A stretch of 63,290 bases of DNA, counting the filler, from Thraustochytrium aureum (taxonomy: Eukaryota), in assembly GCA_012862495.1 (NCBI GenBank). It is 5 parts of 3 records of this genome, joined end to end, with 100 filler letters (N's around TTAATTAATTAA, not from the genome) between each part and the next. Parts side by side here need not be neighbours in the genome. Positions count along the whole stretch, not along the records: positions 45,102 to 61,844 come from BLSG01000158.1; positions 61,945 to 63,290 come from BLSG01000161.1; 3 more parts are not named here. One strand, given 5' to 3'. Under the pieces are notes generated by a model that was not told the DNA's origin, ran no database searches, and saw only the letters and a program-made list of their open reading frames with translations. The translations under genes and the position numbers were made by a program. Shown here one piece after another: positions 54,933 to 63,290 of the stretch (positions within the stretch are counted from its first letter, which is position 1; every line of letters begins with the position of its first letter).

Positions 54933-57538
54933 CTATCTGCTTTCCGGAGTCGGCGCGGCGCACCTTGCGGAGCTCTGCCGGACGAGCATTCCAAGGCGAG
55001 AGTTTAGTTCCAACAGATCCATGGCGCCTCGCTTGAACAAAACCATGTTGTCCAACACGGATGCGAGCATCTTGATGCTGCAGGGCTTGGGGAGGATGCC
55101 GTTAAAGTCGGCGCCGTGGACGCGCTCCATCTCGCCCATGCTGCTGAGCGCAGCCGTAAAGGCCATGATCACAAGGCCGGGGCGCTGCTGCTGAGCTCGG
55201 ATCAGGTTTGTCGCTTCAATGCCGTCCATGTCTGTCATATTGATGTCCATCAGAACAAGGTCGACAAGCCTATTGGTGCTAGCGCAGTGTTCGACTGCGC
55301 TCGCACCGTCTTCGAGGCACACGACGTCCTTAACGCCCGCCTTGCGGAGCAGCCTTAGCATCACGGCGCAGTTGACGGCATTGTCGTCGACGACTAGGGC
55401 GCTGAGTTGCTCGACCGTGCACGTTGCGTTGACGCGACTGTGCGTCCCAAGCGTGTCTCTGCTCAACGCTGCGTCGTCCGCGATGATGCCCTCGGCCGGC
55501 ACTGTAACCGAAAATTGTTGCGCAAGCTGCGCGACGTTGATGCTGCAGCTACTGCTGCCGTCCTGGGACGACTCGTCGCTGCAAGAGGCCGTTCCCGCGC
55601 TGTCAAAGTGCTTCCAACCGGCAGTCGGCTCCAGGAAGGACTCTAGCTGTCCGTCGTCCCGGGGTGCTGTTTCAAAGGGCAATAGCGCATAAAAGGTCGT
55701 GCCTTCGCCCTCGACACTTTCCACGTGTATCNNNNNNNNNNNNNNNNNNNNGTGCCCCCCATGAGAAAAACGATCTGCCGGCATATTGCCAGCCCCAAGC
55801 CGGTCCCGCCAAATTTGCGCGTAATAGACGCGTCGGACTGCGTGAACCGCTCAAAGATTAGCTTGAGCGCGGAGGCCTTGATCCCGACCCCCGTGTCCGA
55901 AACAGAGACAAGAAACCACTGCTTGTGCGGCTTGTTCGTCGCAGCTTGCCCGTCGCCGTCCGCGCCGTGCCTGGTGCTCTTGAGGAGCTCAACGGGCTCG
56001 CTACCGCTGCGGCTGCCCGCACTCGCAGTCCATGGCCGCGAGATAGGAACTTGCACTTCGTCGGAGCGGCAGTCTGCCCGCGTCGCGCCTTGCGCGGTCG
56101 GCGGCAGCACGGCATGATTGTTCTCCACTTCGCGAGTTCGGCGCAAACCGCGCCTAGGGCCTTTAATCAGAAGCGGTTGCTCCGCGCTGGCCTTGCTGTC
56201 GACGAAAATACGCGCTTGTTTTGGCGCTCTCGCTTTCGAAACCGAGTCGTCCTCCAGGCTGCGCATATCAACCCTGTCGCCACCGTCCCCTGAGATCGAG
56301 CGGGCGTTGGGTGGTGGCGGGCTGAAGGTATGCTTGCGGGTGGCAAAGTTGTCGAGCCAATCTGCGCGTTGTGCCGCTGAGCCGATTTTCGTCAGCGAAA
56401 CCGATACCGACCCCTCCCTGGTGAATTTGACGCCGTTGCCGACTACGTTGCTCAGAAACTGAACCAGCCTCGTCGTGTCCGTGAGAACGCGGCTAGGGAT
56501 ACCCGGGCCGATGTTGAACCGGAAGTCCACGTTGGCGCACTTTGCCGTCCCTTCGGCGATGCTGAGCGACCGCTCGACAGCCTCGCGCAGGCACACTGGC
56601 TCGATTTCAAGTTCAAACTCGGCCTTCTGGTACTTTGCGAAGTCCAGAATATCGTTAATAATGTTGGCCAGGAGGCGCGCGCTCGAGAGGAGCGTTCGCA
56701 CCATGGATAGCTGGCCAGAGCTTAGCCGGGACGTCTCGAGCAGTTCGGCGAAACCGAGGATCGATTGCAGCGGCGTGCGCACCTCGTGTGACACAGTCGC
56801 GATGAAGTCTTGCCGCGTTTGTGCCAGCTGCTCGGCAGCTTCTTTAAGCACCTGCAGTCGCATGTACTTTGCGTTCATCTCCTTGAGCAGCCGCGAGGAC
56901 TCGTCCACCGCGTCCTCGAGAGCGGCCGCTTGAGCCAACAGCATGGAGAGGTCCTTTGTGTGCCTGATCAGCACGAAAACAGTTGCGATGGACACCACGG
57001 CAGTGGCGACGCATGACACGAGCAGAAGGCGAGGAACGCGGTAGAAGAACGAGATGAAGTGAAACAGGTGCGTGAATCCGCAGCACACGATGAACAGCAT
57101 AAAGCACACGCGAACGGTCTTGAACACGTTGGCGACCTCGATGCGTTTCAGAAACAGGAAGATCTGCACTGGGATCACAAAGTACGCCACCGCGATAAGA
57201 AGCTCACTCGCTATGGCAGCAGTCGACTTGGCTTCCCACTCTCCATTCTCCACCACGAGCTCCTCGAGCCCTCGCAACTCCCCCAAACCCCGCATTGCGG
57301 CCACCCGCGCCTGTGGCGGGCGGGCCCCAAGCCACAGACAGGTGCTGCGCAGTGTTGGTCCAGCCCTTCCCACGAAAGTCGTGTACCGAACTCTACGCAA
57401 CCACGCACGCAAACGCAGACACGCACGCGGCCACGCAGCCGCACAGCCAAGCCACCGCCAACAACAGCGTTCGCATTTCGGGTCTGCCGCTCTTGCGCCG
57501 CTTTCTTCTGGTCTGCCAGTGGAGAGATCATCCACCAT
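54933..57538 (-). CDS. Ethylene-receptor-like hybrid histidine kinase (3-TM EBD, HisKA, HATPase, receiver; no GAF)
   Basis: SELLIAVAYFVIP, FIVCCGFTHL, TAVVSIAT; SHEVRTPL; NGVKFT; DTGVGI; GGTGLGL; receiver VVDDN, LMDINM, PKP. Joining the flanks of the 21-N gap restores MGGTIHVES in frame. Confidence 0.9.
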
Positions 57539-58210
57539 TGGAATTTAGAAAGAGAGGTCGACTCGATTTTTTGGGCAAAACACTCGTGAAAAATGTTGGC
57601 GCCGCCTCACAGACCTTCGGGGAAGCGGGGCTGTGATGAGCGCGAAAGAGTTTTGGTCGGACCTGCCGGGAGGAACAGAGAGTCCTGCCCCCCTCCCCCC
57701 CCCAAAAAAAATCCTCCCACTGTGGTTGTACGCTGCGGCGCGTCGAGTCTCGCGTCCCAAACGCAACAGTCGATGTGTAGTACCACTCTACTTGTAAACC
57801 GACGCCGAGTCGACCAAGCCACACGGTAGGCTCATGATGATCAATCAGCATCCAGCGGCCAGTCCTTGAGCGTTGGACCTTGAGCGTCGCGTTGTGCCAA
57901 GGGAAGCTCACACCCGTCGACCCGAGCGAGGAGGAGCGAACTGTGCCCAACAACCAGCTTGCTTCAGCTCGCCGCATTAGCGCACTTGGAAAACCGAATG
58001 TGGCTGGGGCTCGTTTGGCTGGCTGGGGCTCGTTTGGCTGGCTTCGTCTGCTTCGTCAAGAGGTTGTTGGTTGGTGCAACTCTGTATTTCGATCCGCTCG
58101 CCACGGACGCTTCGTGTCAAGATCGGAAGGCCATGCTTCGTTAGACTTTTGGTTCTGCGTTCTGATTCTGGTAACTACCGGTTTGCCTGTGCGCGCAGGG
58201 CTGCCCCATT

Positions 58211-58280
58211 GCCCCGTTTCAAGCTGCTAAAGTCTTCCCCGCTGGGCCCCGTTTCAAGCTGCTAAAGTCTTCCCCGCTGG
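58211..58280 (+). repeat. Perfect 35-bp tandem duplication
   Basis: gccccgtttcaagctgctaaagtcttccccgctgg occurs twice. Confidence 0.9.
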
Positions 58281-58860
58281 TTGCTACACCACCAAAAAAC
58301 ACCATGCCATGTGGATCATCGATTGTGCAACGGGTTTTGTACTCTCTGTAAGAGTGCGTATTCCGGCGCGGTGCATGGCGACTGCTCACGCGCGTTTTCA
58401 GCGCTCATCATACTCCAGTCTGGGGCGGGCGGACGCCCTGCACGAAAACCCCGCGCACCGATCTCGATGGAACGGCAACAATACAATTGGGATATCAACC
58501 GGCTAGCAGCAATCGAGTAGAGCACGATCAACTCAAACACCGGCAGGGCTACAAGAGCTGTCAACTCGTCCAAAGTGGCTCACGAAGCGGCGTGGATGCC
58601 GCGACCAGATGAACCACTTTGGACTCGGTGATGCCGCGGTGCTCAGCCGCCGTCACCTCTACAAGCTCCAGAGCACTGGAAACCTCTTTGGAATGGCACA
58701 AAATCATTGCGTTCCCCTCCCCAAATAGTGGTTCTAGCACGGTTTGTTGAGCGCCGCTTGGTCCGGGACTGGGTGCGTTCCAGCCGGCTGGGCGTCCTGG
58801 CAATCTGTTCGATGAGGCGGGATATCCAAGTCATTCGCGTTGCGTTGTCAGCCTTCGGCG

Positions 58861-60501
58861 CTATACGTGCGCTTTGGCGTCGTGCTCATCAAAGACGGAG
58901 GCAACAGGGATTTGGGGGCTTGCGACTCTGGCCACGGCATCGCCCAGGAAGCCCTCATGTCGAGCGCCGCTGTTTCTCCGCATCAAGCAGAATGCACCGA
59001 CGACGATGCCAAAAACCACGCCACCCCCGACGGCTAGACCGATGACTGCTTCGATTCCCAACGCTTGGGTGGTGGAAGACGCAACGTCGGCGAACCCAGT
59101 GCGATGCTCTGACGGGCTCCTTGACGGGGAGGCTGATGGGCTTGGCGAGGGGCTGACGGACCCATCGTTGACTGACGGAGGACTAGCCATAGCGGGGCTC
59201 GCCGTCGGAGCGCAGGCCATTGTGGGACTGGACGTTGGAGAGTCGGTCGTCGTCGGGCTGGTTGTCGGGTGCTCGATTGCAAAAACACGCACGTGGCCTC
59301 TATTGTCCGAGTCGTCTCCTGTCGTGCCGTCGTTGAAGGGGGCCCCAATCGCGACCATGTTGCCATCTGACGACAGCGAGACAGTGAGCCCAGAGTTGTC
59401 GTTCTCCGCCTCACCCTCAATGCCTTCGTTCAGTTGCGTCCACTTGTTCGCGAGGAAACGGTACACGCGCACCTGGCCCGCCTTGTTGGCTTTACCGTTT
59501 TTCAGGGGCCACCCGATCGCGACCGTGTTGCCGTCCGACGACAGCGAGACCGAGTACCCGAACCAGTCACGAGCTGTCTCGCCGTGAATGTCGGCGCCCA
59601 CTTGCGTCCAGGCATCGGAGACAAAGCTGAAGATTCGAACATAACCCGCGTCGGTGTATGTTCCGTCGTGGCGGTGCGACCCAATCGCGACCGTGAGACC
59701 GTCCGAAGACAGCGAAACAGAGTAGCCAAACCAGTCATCGATGCCTTCGCCGTCGATGTCGGCACCCAGCTGCGTCCAGGCGTCGGTATTGAATCGGTAC
59801 ACGCGTACGTGACCCGCGCTCTCGGCTCCTCCGTCGTTCGCAATGGCCCCAATCGCAACCGTGTTGCCGTCCGACGAAAGGGATACCGACCAGCCAGACT
59901 CGTCACTAGCAGCCTCCCCGTCAATTTCGGTTCCCAACAGGTTCCAGACATTTTCAGAGAAGCGAAACACGCGCACATGGCCTCGGTAGTCTCGATTCCA
60001 TTGGGCCCCGACCGCCACCGTGTTGCCGTCCGACGACAGCGACAACGACCTCCCAAACAGATCATAGATTGCCTTGCCGTTAATATCGGTGCCGAGTTGC
60101 TGCCATGAATTTCCGTTGAAGCGGTACACGCGCACTTGGCCCGAGTTTGTGGCAGTTGCGGAGTACATCCAGGCGCCGACCGCGACTGTCCAGCCATCCG
60201 ATGATAGCGAGACAGAGTAGCCAGACTCTCCGCTGCCCGCCCTGCCGTCAATGTCAGCACCCAGCTGCGTCCAGACACCGGCTATGAACCCATACACGCG
60301 GACATGCCCTGCTTTATTGCTGTTGTTAGGCGCTCCGACCGCGACGGTGAGACCGTCCGCCGACAGAGAAATGGAGTCGCCAGACCTGTCGCCAGCAGCC
60401 TCGCCGTCAATATCCGCACCCACTTGTGCCCATGGAAGACTTTGGGCGCTTGCTCCCACTGCCAAGAGCGCGAGCGCCGCTGAAAAAGCGAGCCGAATCA
60501 T
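58861..60501 (-). CDS. Type I membrane protein with an FG-GAP-like seven-bladed beta-propeller and a Pro/Thr/Ser stalk
   Basis: Signal peptide; seven repeats of WTQLGADIDGEA..D.SG.SVSLSSDG.TVAIGA...GHVRVY; PTTSPT stalk; TM VIGLAVGGGVVFGIVVGAFCLM followed by RR. Confidence 0.85.
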   Translation of the reverse strand: MIRLAFSAALALLAVGASAQSLPWAQVGADIDGEAAGDRSGDSISLSADGLTVAVGAPNNSNKAGHVRVYGFIAGVWTQLGADIDGRAGSGESGYSVSLSSDGWTVAVGAWMYSATATNSGQVRVYRFNGNSWQQLGTDINGKAIYDLFGRSLSLSSDGNTVAVGAQWNRDYRGHVRVFRFSENVWNLLGTEIDGEAASDESGWSVSLSSDGNTVAIGAIANDGGAESAGHVRVYRFNTDAWTQLGADIDGEGIDDWFGYSVSLSSDGLTVAIGSHRHDGTYTDAGYVRIFSFVSDAWTQVGADIHGETARDWFGYSVSLSSDGNTVAIGWPLKNGKANKAGQVRVYRFLANKWTQLNEGIEGEAENDNSGLTVSLSSDGNMVAIGAPFNDGTTGDDSDNRGHVRVFAIEHPTTSPTTTDSPTSSPTMACAPTASPAMASPPSVNDGSVSPSPSPSASPSRSPSEHRTGFADVASSTTQALGIEAVIGLAVGGGVVFGIVVGAFCLMRRNSGARHEGFLGDAVARVASPQIPVASVFDEHDAKAHV

Positions 60502-61308
60502 GGCACTGCAGAGCGCTGTTCTCTCAGTGGTGCTGGTGTGGCGCCCGCCCAGGTCGTCCCTTGTCGTTCGTTGTCCGCTGATGGTGCTGCAAGGGTTGCG
60601 TGTCTGTCGCTGTATTTGTGGCCTTGCTGCAGGAGCGCAGCTTGGTCGAACGTCCTTGCTGTGACTACAAGAAGAAAAGGCCTACCTACTAACTAACTAA
60701 CAAGAGAACTGGTCGGCGTCCCGCAACGTGGTTGCCCTCCTCACCCCTGTTTCAAATGCAAAAAAGTACAAAACTAAAACGTGAAACTGCATTTCGCGCG
60801 TTGCGCTCACACAATTTGATAGTCGCGATCTTCCTCCATCCGTGCGGTTGGCACGGGGGCGTTGGTACCGACGCTGGTCCAAACTCCGTTTTCAAGCCCG
60901 CGTTTGGCGAGGAAACTGTGGTCGCTCGACGAGCAACAGCGATTGCCTTTCTCAAGAACGGTGACTCGTGCTTGAAAAAGCTGCGCGAGTTCTCCAGTGA
61001 CATGAGTCGCCGCCCGAGTCGCTGGTTGCGAGCCAGCCAAAATCTTTATAACAAAAAGTACTTACCTGGCAACCACTGGCAGTGGGAAGAGTGTAAGTAC
61101 ACAGTGTGATCATGATGGGCTGTGGCATCCGAGTTGTTGGTGGACAGCAGTGATGCCGATTTGTTACAGCTGCCCATTTCAACCAAGAGGAAACCTCGAG
61201 GTTAGCCCTCGATATTTCCTCTAGAATATACGTCGTGTACCGTCTGTCGCGTCTCGTCTCGTTGGGTCAGGTCACTGCCACCCCTCTTCCAACACGCAGC
61301 ACCAACAA

Positions 61309-61800
61309 ATGGATGCCACGTTGCGCGAGCTCGACGCCCAGCTGCGGCGTGTCCGCGGCGATGACGCCGCCTCCGGCAGGTCCGCTTCCCGGGCCAGCGA
61401 CGAGCAGCTGGAGAACATGCGCGAGCGCGTCGGCTGGCCTGATCTGCCAGCGGACTTGTGCCAGTTCTACGCACTAACCGACGGGTACGCGCCGGACGCG
61501 TACTCGCTCGCCGCCGTGCTGCCAGCCGACGAGGTGGATGCCGTGGCGCGCGTGGAGCCGGCGGTGGTGCGGTCCTTTGCCGAGTTCGTCCCAGAGCTGG
61601 AAGAAGGGCGTGGCGCCGTGGCGCTGTCGCGCGAGAACGACACGTCGATGCTCTTTGCCGTGCGCACCGACGACAGACGCGTGAGCTACTGCTGGTTAAA
61701 CCACGCGGGCGGCGCCGACGTCGAGAGGTATGACAGCTTGCAGGCGATGCTCCGCGGCTTCATGCTGGAGCAGCTCTCCCAGTTCGACCCGGTTGGCTAA
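61309..61800 (+). CDS. SMI1/KNR4 (SUKH superfamily) protein
   Basis: ASDEQLENMRERVGWPDLPADLCQFYALTDG at the N-terminus and YDSLQAML at the C-terminus. Confidence 0.65.
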   Translation: MDATLRELDAQLRRVRGDDAASGRSASRASDEQLENMRERVGWPDLPADLCQFYALTDGYAPDAYSLAAVLPADEVDAVARVEPAVVRSFAEFVPELEEGRGAVALSRENDTSMLFAVRTDDRRVSYCWLNHAGGADVERYDSLQAMLRGFMLEQLSQFDPVG

Positions 61801-61844
61801 TTATGCGCGCGCCGCGCGGATGAAACAGTTTTCCCAGGTCCAAA

Positions 61845-61944
61845 NNNNNNNNNNNNNNNNNNNNNNNNNNNNNNNNNNNNNNNNNNNNTTAATTAATTAA
61901 NNNNNNNNNNNNNNNNNNNNNNNNNNNNNNNNNNNNNNNNNNNN
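61845..61944. other. Artificial scaffold linker
   Basis: N44-TTAATTAATTAA-N44. Confidence 0.97.
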
Positions 61945-63204
61945 TGTCTTGAACGGCGACCCCGGAGCGGCGCAGCTGCTCCTGGAGGTCGGCGATTTGC
62001 ATGCGGAGTTCCGCCACAAGCTTGGAGGTCGACCCGTCCGCTTGCTCGTTGTTGGTCACGGGCTTGTTCTGGATATTCCGCGCGCGATTTGCGTACTTGA
62101 GCGTGTTGACGGTCTCCTCAAAGTTGATGTCTGCTGGCGAAACGCAGGCAATCATGACCGTGCGGCTGTTGCCGCCAAGCGAGTCTTGCAGGATCCGGGT
62201 CAGCTTGGAATCGCGGTACGGGACGTGCGCTCCGGCGGTGCGCTTCGCGTCGTCGCCGAGGGCCGAGATCACGTTGCCAAGCGCCAGGAGCCCGCGGTTG
62301 ATGTCGATGCCTTCCTTCAGCCGCTCACCTTGCGCCTTGGTCCGCTTGGCGCGCTCAGAGCCGGCGAGGTCGACCAAGTGAAACTTGGCGGTGCGCACCG
62401 TACCGCGCTCGCGGTCTTCGTTGCGGACCTCGACGGTGAAGATGGCGTGCGACCTGCTCGAGGACCGGTTCATTTTCGGTGCTTCCTGTCGCGCGGTTGC
62501 GGCAGCCCGCCGCGAGCTGGCCCAGGAGATCCGCCTCGCTTGCCACGCTGATTTGCGACAGCCCTGCAACGAAGAGGTTGCGCGACGCGTCCTCGCGAAT
62601 AGTAAGCGCGTTGTGGTGCCCCGCAGCGCCGGTCGTCGCGGGCCGCAGCAAGTCAAAGAGCTCCTCGCGGTAGATTTCGAAGAAGGAGACCGAGGCGGAG
62701 ACGGAGGCGCTGCCCGCCTTTGCCTCGCGCTGCGCTGAGATCTTGGCAAACAAGTCGGCAGCAAGCAAGGGGATGACGCTGTTTCGCTCGCTGCTCATCG
62801 TGAACGTTTTGCCTGATCCGGTCTGCCCGTACGCGAGCACGGTGGCGTTCAGCCCGTCAAAGCACCCATCGAGCAGCGGGGCCACGCAGTCTCGGTAGAG
62901 GCGGTCTGAGCTCGGCGGCGACCCAGTCAGGCCCGCCGCGTCGTCGCCGCGCTGCTGAAAAACGTAGTCAAATGTGAACCTGCGCTCCGCGGCGGTGGGC
63001 AGGGTCACGGTCTTGGCCTTTTCGTCTGCCATGATCGTCGCCGAGCTCCCCTGGGCGCGTTCATGTTCAAGAAGAGGCCGCACGTGCACTGCAACCTGTA
63101 CGGGCAGCACGCCAGGGCACCGCGTTGCTCTCGCCTCGCCCTCGCTCGTCGCCGCGCCTTCTGGCCCCGAGACGTCCTCCAGCGGGTCCCTCCTCGGCCG
63201 CCAT
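61945..63204 (-). CDS. Kinesin-4 family (KIF4/KIF21/KIF27-like) motor domain; frameshifts ~63188 and ~62475; 3' truncated
   Basis: [83 protein letters not shown]. Confidence 0.92.
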
Positions 63205-63290
63205 CCCGCAGCCGCTCGCAGCAAGCACAGGCCCGCAGCCGACCTTGCGCGGCACCAAGCCCTCACCAGCGCGGCGCCGCCGCCCGTCAC

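Overview
This is GC-rich, gene-dense eukaryotic nuclear DNA from a draft assembly with many gaps. The source is most likely a thraustochytrid (Labyrinthulomycetes). That call rests on a PUFA elongase that closely resembles Thraustochytrium elongases as I recall them, short GT-AG introns with CTAAC/CTGAC branch points, and a fungal-type sphingolipid C9-methyltransferase. Four artificial N44-TTAATTAATTAA-N44 linkers split the window into five pieces whose adjacency may not be real, and many genes carry single-base frameshifts, mostly at homopolymer runs and probably sequencing errors. Recognisable genes include TTC5, UFC1, TOM40, UAP56, REV1, ARPC2, a kinesin-4, LMF, a POT transporter, glutathione reductase and an SDR. 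The most unusual content is: (1) a 49-62 kb sensory block with a 1592-aa class C GPCR carrying two bacterial-type sugar-binding domains plus LNR and ANF domains, an ethylene-receptor-like hybrid histidine kinase, an FG-GAP surface protein and a SMI1/KNR4 protein; (2) a membrane-anchored protein with a BAG6-like C-terminus; (3) a degenerate SerRS-like protein fused to an eEF1B/GST-like domain; (4) a GT41-TPR-second GT-like fusion; (5) a 7TM-RGS protein; (6) a divergent SDR / glutathione reductase pair whose peroxisomal signals are hidden by frameshifts, separated by a tandem array of inverted repeats. All homology calls were made by eye from remembered motifs; no searches were run.
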